Assembly (NCBI GenBank): GCA_043807135.1
Contig: JAZDGF010000001.1
Coordinates: 68,573 to 132,572 of the forward strand
Origin: Candidatus Levyibacteriota bacterium
Lineage (GTDB): Bacteria > Patescibacteriota > Microgenomatia > Levybacterales > UBA12049
Reading direction: 5' to 3'
DNA length: 64,000 nucleotides
In this document: one piece after another, positions 27,051 to 36,766 of the stretch
Layout of the letters: every line of letters starts with the position of its first letter
Numbering within the stretch: the stretch's first letter is position 1
Notes under the pieces: generated by a model
Seen by the model: only the letters and a program-made list of their open reading frames with translations
The model's database searches: none
Told to the model about the DNA's origin: nothing
Program-made: the position numbers and the translations under genes

Positions 27051-30000
27051 TTAATACCCTTTCATAACTGCTTGAAGAAACTTCAAAGTCCCTACAAATC
27101 CTGCGTGGGCAAATGCAGCAATGCCTTCTTTTTTAAATTCTTCTCTAAAAAGATCTTTATATCTCGACTGTGCCATTCCTTCTATTTGATCAAATTCTTT
27201 TGCAGTGAAAAAAGAAGACTTTTTCTTGGTTGTTTTATATTTTCCATCTTTATCGAGATCTTCTTCTTCTATTCCGTAAGGAAAATTCTTGAAAAGAAAC
27301 TCAATTGCTGCAATGTCCATTGAGCTATACCAAGAATATCCCTCATCTTCTTGTCTATGTGACCAAAGATCTTTTGCAATAAAGTATGCAAAAGGCAGTC
27401 TGGCAAGTCTTTTCCTTACATGTTCTGGAGCTTCACCTTCTCCTTCAAATTCTCGATCAAAAGGATCTCTATATCCATTTTTAAATAATCCACGATTAGT
27501 CCCGTCAGCTTCAGGCTTCCCATCTTTGTCTGCATATAAATTAAAGCTTAATACTTCTTCATTAAACATATGCTCCTCAAGCTTTTTTTCACCAAATTTT
27601 AGTATGGGGTCTTTTTCCTCTCCGTTTTCGTCAAGCCCCGATTCATCCTTTTCATACCACCACTCCCTTACTTCATGCCCATAAAGAAATTCCGGAAGAT
27701 CAAATGTATATCTTGTATTTTTCCAAAACTCTTTAAATACCTTGTCTCTTTCTTCTTCAATTATCTGAAGTCTTCCATAAGCACCCTTTACAACCATCTT
27801 TGAATAATCTATCCCGTGATGTGTTGTAATGAATTCATAAAACTTGAATGCATTAAAGACATGATCGTCTATAAATTTTCTTTGTGCATTTCCTTTGAAG
27901 CTAAAAGCTCGTATATCTTCATCTATAGAAACATTATTCCCCTGTCCTCCTTGTAAAATTTCAAGCAAAGTTTTCTTAAAGCTTTTTTCACCATAAGCGT
28001 CTCCTTCGCTTACGGTCGTTGCTTCAAGGAAGTTTAAACCAATTCTTTTCAGTCCAAAAACGTTTTGAATATTTCCTACAGCACTTTTTGCATCTTTATA
28101 TTGCCCTTTTCTATACTCAGCTGTATTAATTAGCTTAGACCATCCGTCAAAACCAATTGCCTTTGTGTCATTTCTTGCTTGTATTCCCATCCACCTTACC
28201 ATAGTACTTACCCATTCAACAGCATACTTTGCTTCTTCTTTTGCATGCATTATTTCTTTATCTTCTAGCTCTTTAATCGAAAATCTTAAACATAATTCTT
28301 TATATTCTTTAGGATAATCTTTTTTTAGAATCTCAAATACTATTCTTTCATCAGATATTGCTGCAACCATAGCCCCGTTTACTAGTTCTTTTATTGCCTC
28401 TGGTTTTTTTGGATGGTTAAATATATTAAGATCATTTAACTCAAGCTCCCAATTTTTTAAACATTTTTCTGCAGCGTCTCTTATTTCTTTAGTCATCTCT
28501 GTTTCCCCAGAGATTTTTTCTAACTCTTCTACTCCTCCTGTCTTGCCAATAATATATCTGTAAAAATTAAGTGTTCCTTCTTCTCCAAGAACTTCTTCAA
28601 ACATATTTTTTTCCTCACCATCTGGCTTATAAGCTATTTCTGAAAGATGATAATAAGCAAGTAGTATTTTTTGTATATCTTTTCCTACAGAACCTTGTTT
28701 TTCTTGATGCTCAATCTTGTCTTTACCTATGATCCACTCTAATTCTTCTGCATTGTTTCCTGAAAGCATCAGTATTTTAAGAAGTCTATTCCTATTCTTT
28801 GTAAAAATATTGTTATAATGTATTTCAGCTAGTGCATTTGGGAGATCTTTTTCTATCCCCTCAACCATATGGTATTTAACATTAAAGTTATGCGACATTT
28901 GAAAAAGCCATACTTCAATCAATAACAGTTCTTTTAAATTCTCCTGCTTTTTTGGAAGATGGTAATCTCCTGTTGGAAGCATCCCCATTTTGGGATCAGG
29001 TTTTTCTACCTTGGTCATAAAGTATTTAGCATAAGCCATCATTTCTCCGAAGTTAATTGATCTATAGTTAGTAGTAACGCCAATATCAGAAAAAAGATTT
29101 ACTTCAGCATCTGAATGTAGATCATGATAATAAAGAATTCTACTTCTAATCCATGCTAAAAAATTCTCTGCTTTGAATTTTCCTTCTTTATCTAAAAGCT
29201 CATGTTTTCCGCCGGTTCTCCATTCCGGATCTTGAGCACTCATAATAAGTCTTGCCAAATCTTCTGCACTATTAAGAAGAGTATCGTATCCAAACTGTCC
29301 CTCAAATCTTTTAATAAAATCTCCAAGTGTGACATCTCGTATTCCTTTCTCCTCTCTTGTTTCATGCTCTGTTTCTAGCCCAGACAGTCTTAAAAATAAA
29401 TTCCTAGCACTTCTAAAATCCTCTTCTCTCTCAAAATTCAACTCTCCTTTTCTTGCTTTTGTTATAAGTCCTCTTGCGATTTCTAAATCTTTAAGAAACT
29501 CATCTTTTTTGCTTTCATCTTCTTCAAACTTATTTACATTAAGGCTTCCATTCTTTATTCCACTTTCTATATTTGCTATCATACTAGCCCAGGCAACATC
29601 AATTGCTAAAAATTTTGTGAAATCTTCTTGAGATTCTGCTTTTATTAATTCTTGTATCATTTCTTGATAAATTTTCTCAGAAGAATTATCCCTATTTTCT
29701 TTTTCTGACTTATCTATTGCATTTGTAAGATCATTTGTAAATTCCTCTGTTTCTTTTCCTCCATCAGGAAAAAATTTTTCAGCAGTACCTTTTGCTATAT
29801 TTCTTTGATGACGCTTTCGTTGATTTTCTTGCGCAATTTCTCCTAAGCCAAGACCTTCCAGCACATTTTTTACAGATTCCTCCGATATCGACACTTCTGT
29901 TGCTGCTGACGAACTTTTAGATGAATGTTCCGTAGGACGGTCATGTTCTCCAGGGGGACCTTCTTCTGACATAAAAATATCTCCTTCTCCTCCAAGTTTA

Positions 30001-30080
30001 GAAGCATTAGGTTTGCTTGTCAACGCTTCTTGACTATCTGTTTGGCCATTTGATGAAATATTATTTTCTTTTTCTGTCAT
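27051..30080 (-). CDS. large (1009 aa) acidic hypothetical protein with disordered Ser/Glu-rich N-terminus
   Basis: Single uninterrupted ORF, no TM segments, no recognisable catalytic motifs, ~100-aa low-complexity N-terminus. Lies inside the T4SS-like block on the opposite strand. Confidence 0.6.
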   Translation of the reverse strand: MTEKENNISSNGQTDSQEALTSKPNASKLGGEGDIFMSEEGPPGEHDRPTEHSSKSSSAATEVSISEESVKNVLEGLGLGEIAQENQRKRHQRNIAKGTAEKFFPDGGKETEEFTNDLTNAIDKSEKENRDNSSEKIYQEMIQELIKAESQEDFTKFLAIDVAWASMIANIESGIKNGSLNVNKFEEDESKKDEFLKDLEIARGLITKARKGELNFEREEDFRSARNLFLRLSGLETEHETREEKGIRDVTLGDFIKRFEGQFGYDTLLNSAEDLARLIMSAQDPEWRTGGKHELLDKEGKFKAENFLAWIRSRILYYHDLHSDAEVNLFSDIGVTTNYRSINFGEMMAYAKYFMTKVEKPDPKMGMLPTGDYHLPKKQENLKELLLIEVWLFQMSHNFNVKYHMVEGIEKDLPNALAEIHYNNIFTKNRNRLLKILMLSGNNAEELEWIIGKDKIEHQEKQGSVGKDIQKILLAYYHLSEIAYKPDGEEKNMFEEVLGEEGTLNFYRYIIGKTGGVEELEKISGETEMTKEIRDAAEKCLKNWELELNDLNIFNHPKKPEAIKELVNGAMVAAISDERIVFEILKKDYPKEYKELCLRFSIKELEDKEIMHAKEEAKYAVEWVSTMVRWMGIQARNDTKAIGFDGWSKLINTAEYRKGQYKDAKSAVGNIQNVFGLKRIGLNFLEATTVSEGDAYGEKSFKKTLLEILQGGQGNNVSIDEDIRAFSFKGNAQRKFIDDHVFNAFKFYEFITTHHGIDYSKMVVKGAYGRLQIIEEERDKVFKEFWKNTRYTFDLPEFLYGHEVREWWYEKDESGLDENGEEKDPILKFGEKKLEEHMFNEEVLSFNLYADKDGKPEADGTNRGLFKNGYRDPFDREFEGEGEAPEHVRKRLARLPFAYFIAKDLWSHRQEDEGYSWYSSMDIAAIEFLFKNFPYGIEEEDLDKDGKYKTTKKKSSFFTAKEFDQIEGMAQSRYKDLFREEFKKEGIAAFAHAGFVGTLKFLQAVMKGY

Positions 30081-30154
30081 GGCAAGAGAATTTTAAAAGA
30101 ATATAATATCGATAGCTTGATATTAACCCGACAAAAAACTTACAATATATCTAC

Positions 30155-31484
30155 CATGGATCCTAAATACTTTGAATCCCTGTATCCTAATACATCGCGC
30201 TTTAAAGAAATTGAGGAAATTTTAAGCTTTGTTAAAAACGGAAACTCTTGCCAACTTATTTCCTTTCCAGGAACCGGAAGGTCTAATATCCTGCAGCTTC
30301 TTGCCTATAATAGAGGCGTTAGAGAGAAACATCTTGGTGAAAAACAAAAATATGTCCATTTTGTTTACATGAATTTTTCAGAGGTAAGAAATCGCACTCT
30401 TCATGATGTAAATAAATTTATCTTTCTTTCTCTTATTGATTCTTTAACTGAACGAGAATTTTTAGAAGAGCACAAAAAGCTTAATAGGATTTTTAAAGAA
30501 TATTCAAAAACAAATGACGAATTAATTTTTTTTCAAGGATTAAAAGAAGCTCTTAATTATTTATCTATTGAAAAAAAACTAACAATAGTTCTTCTTTTTG
30601 ATAGATTTGAAGAATATCTTCCCGTACTCACTGATGAATTTTTTGCAAATCTTAGAATTTTAAGAAATAAGGCAAAATATCGTTTTTCTGCAGTATTCAC
30701 GCTTAACCGTCCCCTTGAAGATTTATTAAAGCCAACACTTTTTAATCAATTCTATGAATTTTTAGCAGGACATCTTGTTTATGTTTCTTTGTATGACAAG
30801 CCGGGAATGGATTTTAGAATTTCTTACTTTGAAAAAAAATATCAAAGGTCATTAGATAAAAAAACTTTAACTATCATTTTTTCTCTTACCGCAGGTCACG
30901 GAAAATTAACTCGCATTGCCCTTGAAACAGTTTTTGAGCAAAATATAAAAACCTTAACAAAAGAGGAAATTTTGCAATTATTACTAGCCAAAAAAACTAT
31001 TACCAGAGCTCTTTTTGAAATTTATAGCTTTCTTTCCAAAGAGGAAATAGAAAGACTTAATAAAAAGAGTAATGATAGCTTTTTAGAAAACATTGGCTTA
31101 TTTAAAGACAATAAAATCACAATTCTTCTTTTTGAAAAATATTTAGAGTTAAAAAAAACTTTTATCTCTACTGAAGATGAAAAAGATAAAATATTTATTG
31201 ATCATGAAACAAATGAAATTAAAAAAGGAAAAGAAAATCTTTCCGATAAATTAACTTCTTCAGAGTTTAAACTTTTAAAATATCTGTTGCAAAATCCTGA
31301 AAGAGTTATTGAGAGAAATGAGATTATTGAAGCTGTTTGGCAAAATACTGCCTCTTTTGCCGGCGTTTCTGATCAAGCAGTTGATCAACTTGTTCTTAGA
31401 ATTCGTAAGAAAATTGAAGACAATCCAAACAACCCCAACTACCTTTTAACGATTAAGGGAAGAGGATTTAAATTTATTCTCTAA
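30155..31484 (+). CDS. P-loop NTPase domain fused to C-terminal OmpR/PhoB-type winged-helix DNA-binding domain (putative transcriptional regulator)
   Basis: N-terminal Walker-A-like FPGTGRSNILQLL plus hhhhD Walker-B-like IVLLFDRFEE. C-terminal trans_reg_C-like segment LTSSEFKLLKYLLQNPERVIERNEIIEAVWQ...AVDQLVLRIRKKIE...LLTIKGRGFKF. Probable start ATG 30155 (MDPKYFESL). Confidence 0.65.
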
Positions 31485-31535
31485 CACTATCTTGGGTAGT
31501 TGCATTTTGTTAAATATTTCAGCTATGCTTAGATT

Positions 31536-32150
31536 GTGAGAAAAATAATTATATCGTTGGGAATTTTTTATATATTTTCTTTCCAACTTCCTCCTTTACA
31601 TCTAATTCATGCTCTCTTACCAGACAACGCAATGTGTGACAAAGATGAAGAATGTGCTTCCGGTGCCTGTGTAAAATACACACTTCCCGGAGAAGGGAAA
31701 ATTCGCAATACAGAAAAGCGCTGCGGTCCAATAGAAGATAAGGAAGCTAAGAAAGTTATTAACCCCGATGGTACAAAAACAGATTTGGAAGATGAGAAAA
31801 AAGTAAAGCAAGAACCCCTGCGTAATTCTCCTTGTAAGCAAGTGGGGGGTAAAGACAACGCTTATTTTAATTGTGATACTGGTTTAGGAATAACAATTAG
31901 TTCAAACCCAAAAGATTTTGTTAAAACTCTGTTTGGTGTAATTTTAAGTATCTCTGGAATGATAGCTCTCCTGCTTATAATATTTTCAGGGTATAGACTA
32001 ATCACCTCTCGGGGAAATCCAGAAAAAATTACAGATGCAAAAGACAGACTTACTTCTGCAGTTATCGGGCTCTTGTTTGTTATCTTTTCACTTGTTATAT
32101 TGCAAATTATAGGAGTTGATATTTTACATATTCCCGGATTAACAGAATGA
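31536..32150 (+). CDS. pilin-like protein (VirB2/TrbC-like candidate) with Cys-rich N-terminal domain
   Basis: Signal peptide, Cys-rich ~100-aa domain, then two hydrophobic helices flanking YRLITSRGNPEKITDAKDRLTSAV. This is a hairpin-TM topology shared with the next three genes. Confidence 0.5.
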   Translation: MRKIIISLGIFYIFSFQLPPLHLIHALLPDNAMCDKDEECASGACVKYTLPGEGKIRNTEKRCGPIEDKEAKKVINPDGTKTDLEDEKKVKQEPLRNSPCKQVGGKDNAYFNCDTGLGITISSNPKDFVKTLFGVILSISGMIALLLIIFSGYRLITSRGNPEKITDAKDRLTSAVIGLLFVIFSLVILQIIGVDILHIPGLTE

Positions 32151-32458
32151 AAGAATTAGTTCTTAAAATTAATGGGCAAGAAGTTCAAGCGCCTGAAGGA
32201 GTTCCAGTAGGAGGAGCTGATACAGGAAGTCAAATAATTTCCTTGAGCGTAACAGTTCTTTTTATAGTAGCAATTTTGCTTGCTCTTATATTTTTAATTT
32301 GGGGAGGAATTGATTGGACTACGTCTCAAGGAGATAAGAATAAAGTTCATGCAGCAAGAGAAAAGATAGTATATTCTATTATCGGACTTAGTGTAGTTTT
32401 ACTATCTTTTTTTATTGTTTCTCTAGTATCTGGTATTTTAGGAGTGAAACTTTTTTAA
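32147..32458 (+). CDS. pilin-like protein paralog (VirB2/TrbC-like candidate)
   Basis: TM - LIWGGIDWTTSQGDKNKVHAAREKI - TM. Shares the motif 'GG(I/V)xW(T/I)xSQGDK(N/S)KV..AR' with the 32518 paralog. 4-nt overlap with the upstream gene. Confidence 0.5.
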   Translation: MKELVLKINGQEVQAPEGVPVGGADTGSQIISLSVTVLFIVAILLALIFLIWGGIDWTTSQGDKNKVHAAREKIVYSIIGLSVVLLSFFIVSLVSGILGVKLF

Positions 32459-32517
32459 TATTTAATAAAGGAAGGACTTGACAAGCCAAAAAAAACATCG
32501 TACGATAAAGAAAAGTT

Positions 32518-32934
32518 ATGAAAAAATTATTTGCCATCCCCACTTCAGTTGCTCTCTATCTTACTAACGCTCCTTTAGCTTTTGCACAAGGAACACCAAT
32601 TGATCCCTGCGCAGCATCAGACAGTAAATTCAATGTTCTTTGCGAGCTAAATGCTGGACAGTTTGGTAAGCTTGTTGGAACTGCTATTACTGCCGTTTTT
32701 GTAATTGCTGTTATTATCGCTCTTATTTATTTAATTTACGGCGGTGTTCGCTGGATAATGTCCCAGGGAGATAAAAGCAAAGTCCAAGAAGCAAGAAGTC
32801 ATATTATAGCTGCTGTTTTAGGATTAATAATTGTTTTCCTTGCCTACTTTATAATAAATATTATTCTCGGGGTGTTCCTAGGAATAAGTATTGATCAAAT
32901 AGAACTTCCTAACCTCAAGGACGCAATAAAATAA
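32518..32934 (+). CDS. pilin-like protein paralog (VirB2/TrbC-like candidate)
   Basis: Signal peptide (AFAQG), Cys pair, TM - LIYGGVRWIMSQGDKSKVQEARSHI - TM. Confidence 0.5.
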   Translation: MKKLFAIPTSVALYLTNAPLAFAQGTPIDPCAASDSKFNVLCELNAGQFGKLVGTAITAVFVIAVIIALIYLIYGGVRWIMSQGDKSKVQEARSHIIAAVLGLIIVFLAYFIINIILGVFLGISIDQIELPNLKDAIK

Positions 32935-32996
32935 AACAACTTCTAAAGCAGTCTTGCTATCTACATTTTTTTCTGCTAAGTTAAGTTTATGGATGA

Positions 32997-33332
32997 TATT
33001 CCAAAAGGAGACCTATAGGAGGAGATTGGGGGGATTGTGTTCAGGAGGGAGTAGCAACTCTTTCTTGCATTCCTGTTGTTTTAGCAAGTGTTGTTAACTG
33101 GGCTTTAATATTTGCAGGCGTAGTTGCTTTAGTAATTGTAATTTTGTCTGGGATTAAATTTATAACCTCTAAGGGAGACAAAAAACAAGTTGCAAGTGCT
33201 AAGAGTAGTTTATCCTATGCAATACTAGGGTTAATTTTAATCTTTCTTTCCTTTTTTATAATAAGACTTATTGGTTATATTACAGGAGTTGATTGTATAA
33301 ACACTTTTGGCTTTAATAATTGTACTAGTTAA
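32997..33332 (+). CDS. pilin-like paralog, possibly pseudogene or non-canonical start
   Basis: The frame is open from 32997 and encodes ...GDWGDCVQEGVATLSCIPVVLASVVNWALIFAGVVALVIVILSGIKFITSKGDKKQVASAKSSLSYAILGLILIFLSFFII..., the same TM-motif-TM layout. There is no in-frame ATG; the ORF track starts it at TTG 33144, which lies inside TM1. A G6 homopolymer tract at 33028-33033 sits after an AGGAGG at 33018-33023. Confidence 0.35.
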   Translation, partial: YSKRRPIGGDWGDCVQEGVATLSCIPVVLASVVNWALIFAGVVALVIVILSGIKFITSKGDKKQVASAKSSLSYAILGLILIFLSFFIIRLIGYITGVDCINTFGFNNCTS

Positions 33333-34369
33333 TTATTTGCTCCTGCTTTTGCAACTCCTTGAGTAACAACTATAGACAAAAGAAATAATCCCGCAATTAA
33401 AAAAAGTATGTTTTTCCCATATTTTTTTTCTAGATCATCCGCTTCTTTATCCCCCATCACAATACCTATCATCTCCGTTGCATCTTCCTCGCTTAGTTCT
33501 TTCCCAAGAATAGCGTCAACAACCCCTTTATATTTTTCAGGATCGTTATTCTGAAAAAAATTCTCGAAATCAAAATTGCCATCCAATATTGCTTTTTTTT
33601 GGACATCATTCAACGGAGCATCTTTTAACCCTTCGCTTATTAGCTCTTTTCCTTTATTTACCTTTTCTTGGTCAATTTCACTTAAAAATTTATCCACATC
33701 TATTCCTAACTCTTTTAATCCTTGAAGGGCTAATTGCCCATGGTATTCACCTCTTTCCCCCTCAGCCTTTTTTGCACAAAATATTTTCGACAATTGCATC
33801 CTTTCCAATGAAGTATCTTCGCTTTTATCTTCTTTCTCTTTTATTTTCTCTCTCAAAGAAACTTCCTGACTATTAAAAAGATCATTTATAGTTTCCGGAG
33901 GACTTTCTATCTCTGTTGCAGATTCTTCTGGAAACTCAAAAGCATATATCCCTTTTTCTTTAAGAATAGCCTTATCCCCAGGAGTTACTTTATCAAGTTC
34001 TTTTTTCCACTCATTTAGAGAATAACTTTTACCGTCTAATTCAACTTTAATATTTTCAGATATCTCATCTAATGTTCCCTTCGCTTCTTCATCATCATAA
34101 AGATCTTCTAATGCCTCTACGTTAGCTCGTAATGCTTTTGAATTTTCTTCTACTCCTTTGCTCGCATCATATGTAAGAGCAAGCTCTCCTTTTTCTTTAT
34201 CAAGTTCCCCTCTATCTATTTTCTTACGAATTATTACTTCTGAGGCGCCAAAAAACTGTTGAGCTCTTTCTTTCCCTTTTTCTCTTAAACCCTCTCCTTT
34301 TGGAACTACACTCTTTTCAGGAATTTTAACTTCTGGAACTGGTGGTCCTTCTGCTGCTCCTTCACTCAT
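33329..34369 (-). CDS. acidic coiled-coil protein with C-terminal transmembrane anchor (tail-anchored)
   Basis: 346 aa, E/K-rich, predicted coiled coils, single C-terminal TM (ILFLIAGLFLLSIVVTQGVA). No catalytic motifs. Confidence 0.5.
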   Translation of the reverse strand: MSEGAAEGPPVPEVKIPEKSVVPKGEGLREKGKERAQQFFGASEVIIRKKIDRGELDKEKGELALTYDASKGVEENSKALRANVEALEDLYDDEEAKGTLDEISENIKVELDGKSYSLNEWKKELDKVTPGDKAILKEKGIYAFEFPEESATEIESPPETINDLFNSQEVSLREKIKEKEDKSEDTSLERMQLSKIFCAKKAEGERGEYHGQLALQGLKELGIDVDKFLSEIDQEKVNKGKELISEGLKDAPLNDVQKKAILDGNFDFENFFQNNDPEKYKGVVDAILGKELSEEDATEMIGIVMGDKEADDLEKKYGKNILFLIAGLFLLSIVVTQGVAKAGANN

Positions 34370-34423
34370 ATTTATATATTAGTTTATATTGTAAAGGAAA
34401 ATCAACTGTGATACCTTTTAATT

Positions 34424-34759
34424 ATGTCCACTGGCAAAGCAGAAGCATTAGCAGCACAAATTAATCCTGAAGACAGGCCTATTGCAGTACGTGAATATCC
34501 AAAAGAAACCCCTGCTCCCAAGATTGAGATACCAACTCAAGCCCAGTCATCAGAACCAGTTAAGGCATCTGATATTAGAGAAGGTATGGTTAAAGGAGAT
34601 AAAGAAATAGAATTTAGCAAACATGCACAAAAGTTAGAGGCAGCAGATACTGATGCAAAAATTGAAGAAGTAAAAAGAGAACTAGAAGAACATTCTATAA
34701 GTCATAATCCTGTTTCTGGAGAAACTTCTTCTGATAATAATCCTTCTTTTTCCGAATAG
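34424..34759 (+). CDS. small acidic hypothetical protein
   Basis: 111-aa ORF, E/K/S-rich, no motifs; located within the T4SS-like block. Confidence 0.35.
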   Translation: MSTGKAEALAAQINPEDRPIAVREYPKETPAPKIEIPTQAQSSEPVKASDIREGMVKGDKEIEFSKHAQKLEAADTDAKIEEVKRELEEHSISHNPVSGETSSDNNPSFSE

Positions 34760-34856
34760 TTTTACCCACTTTTCACAGCCAGGCTCAAAAGTAACATTTT
34801 TTGAGCTATTTTGATTGTCTTGAATTGATATTTTTCACGTTATAAACTATTTTTAT

Positions 34857-36098
34857 ATGGAAAATCATCCAATTCCTCAAGATATTACCGGCTTTCAGTT
34901 TAAGCTTATAGGGAATATGACTGTTAGGCAATTTGCTTATCTTGCAGCAGGAATTATTATTGCATGGATTTTTTATATTCTTCCTCTTTATATTTTAATT
35001 AAACTCCCCTTTTCTTTAATATTTGGTTTATCCGGAGTTGCGTTTGCTTTTTTACCAATTGAGGGAAGGCCAATGGATCTTATGATTAATAATTTTGTAA
35101 AAGCTTTATTTAATCCAACTCAATTTATATATGCTAAAACAGGCGGACATTTTTATTCCCCTACTCATGTCCCAGTCCCTCACATAGCAGCCCAAAAACA
35201 AACTGCATCTTCATTATCAGGTGATAATTTAAAAAAATTCTTAGATAATCTTCCTAAAAGACCTCAAAATAAACTAGATGAGAAAGAAATGGTTTTTTTT
35301 CAATCTCTTACAAATATTTCAAACCCTACAGCTTCCCCTACAGCATCAATTATACCAACCTATACAGCTCCACATATTTTTTCAGCTGCCCCTGTTAGAG
35401 CAAGTGATCTTAAAAAGCTAGAACCTGAAAAAGAAAAAAAGCCAGAGCCTATTGATTCTCAGGAAGAAGAAAATCAAAATATTCTTCTAGGTAAAGCGTC
35501 TGTTTTAGAACAAGAGCTTCAAAAAGCAAAACAAGAAGAAATGAAAAAAACTCAAGGCTCTGCTGATTATAATGCAGCTCATCAAAAAGTACTTGAACTT
35601 GAAACTCTTTTAAATGAAACTGTAGCTCAAAAACAAGGACTTGAAAACAAAATTCTATCACTTCAAAAAAAGCTTGATATGCAGGGGAAAAAAGTTTATT
35701 CCCCTTCTTTAGCAGTCCCTGAAAAAGAACCTACTAAGAATATTCGAAGTATTCCAAAAGGCATGGGTAAAAGCATTGGTATTCCAAATGCTCCCGAATA
35801 TCCAAATCTAGTTACTGGAATTATTAAAGATCCAAGATCAAATCCTTTACCAAATATTTTAGTTGAAATAAAAGATTATGAAGGAAATCCAGTTCGGGCT
35901 TTTAAAACAAATGCCTTAGGTCAATTTGCATCGGCAACCCCTCTTGTTAACGGAACGTATACAATTGAATTTGAAGATCCTAATGGACAAAACAAGTTTG
36001 ATATTATACAGTTTAGTGTCAAAGGGGAAATAATACTTCCTGTTGAAGTTATTTCCGTTGATACAAGAGAAGAATTAAGGAGGACTCTTTTTAACTAA
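34857..36098 (+). CDS. membrane protein with PrgI/VirB3-like N-terminal two-TM module, coiled-coil region and C-terminal beta-sandwich (carboxypeptidase-regulatory-like) domain
   Basis: N-terminus ITGFQFKLIGNMTVRQFAYLAAGIIIAWIFYIL...LIFGLSGVAFAFLPIEGRPMDLMINNFVKA resembles PrgI/VirB3-family proteins that precede VirB4 in Gram-positive T4SS. C-terminus GIIKDPRSNPLPNILVEIKDYEGNPVRAFKTNALGQFAS...GTYTIEFE resembles a CarbopepD_reg/transthyretin-like fold. Confidence 0.45.
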   Translation: MENHPIPQDITGFQFKLIGNMTVRQFAYLAAGIIIAWIFYILPLYILIKLPFSLIFGLSGVAFAFLPIEGRPMDLMINNFVKALFNPTQFIYAKTGGHFYSPTHVPVPHIAAQKQTASSLSGDNLKKFLDNLPKRPQNKLDEKEMVFFQSLTNISNPTASPTASIIPTYTAPHIFSAAPVRASDLKKLEPEKEKKPEPIDSQEEENQNILLGKASVLEQELQKAKQEEMKKTQGSADYNAAHQKVLELETLLNETVAQKQGLENKILSLQKKLDMQGKKVYSPSLAVPEKEPTKNIRSIPKGMGKSIGIPNAPEYPNLVTGIIKDPRSNPLPNILVEIKDYEGNPVRAFKTNALGQFASATPLVNGTYTIEFEDPNGQNKFDIIQFSVKGEIILPVEVISVDTREELRRTLFN

Positions 36099-36100
36099 AT

Positions 36101-36766
36101 ATGAGTAAAGCTGCCCAAAGAATTCATGCAACAACTCAAAAATTTACAGAGATTGAAGAAATCTCTGAAGACATTGTCATTTTTCAAGGCGGAAATGCTA
36201 CTTTAGTAATTGAAGTAACCGCAACAAATTTTGCTCTTCTTTCAAGAGAGGAACAAGATACTAAAATCTATTCTTACGCAGCGCTTCTAAATTCACTTTC
36301 TTTTGCAATTCAAATAATTGTTAGAAGTAAAAAATTAGACATTACAGCATATTTAAAACTGCTCGATTCTCAAGCAAAGGCAACCCAGAATGAACTTCTC
36401 AAAAATCAAATAAGCTTGTATCGAGATTTTGTCCAGGAATTAGTTAAGGTAAATACCGTACTTGATAAAAAATTTTATATTTGTATTCCCTACTCTTATC
36501 TTGAAAAAGGAGTTGGTGCTACCGCAAGTTCGGTAAGCAAGGGCGGGCCAAAAGACAATTTTACAGAACAAGCAAAAGCTGCGCTTCATTCAAAAGCAGA
36601 AAGTATCTTGTCTCAAGTTGCAAGATTAAATCTTAGAGCAAAAGTTTTGGAAAAAGAAGAGCTTGTAAAGCTTTACTATGAAACTTACAACGATCAATCA
36701 ATTGAAACAAATCAAATAACAGATAATGTTAGAACACCAATTGTCAGAGGAGAGGAGAAAAAATAA
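36101..36766 (+). CDS. hypothetical soluble protein directly preceding virB4-like gene
   Basis: 221-aa ORF with no TM or motifs; its stop overlaps the VirB4-like start (ATAATG) suggesting translational coupling. Confidence 0.45.
   Translation: MSKAAQRIHATTQKFTEIEEISEDIVIFQGGNATLVIEVTATNFALLSREEQDTKIYSYAALLNSLSFAIQIIVRSKKLDITAYLKLLDSQAKATQNELLKNQISLYRDFVQELVKVNTVLDKKFYICIPYSYLEKGVGATASSVSKGGPKDNFTEQAKAALHSKAESILSQVARLNLRAKVLEKEELVKLYYETYNDQSIETNQITDNVRTPIVRGEEKK

Noticed and set aside
27072-27684. Plus-strand ORFs (83 and 131 aa) within 27072-27684
   Set aside because: Both are antisense to the long 1009-aa minus-strand ORF and have low-complexity S/F-rich products; the uninterrupted 3 kb minus-strand frame is far more likely the real gene.
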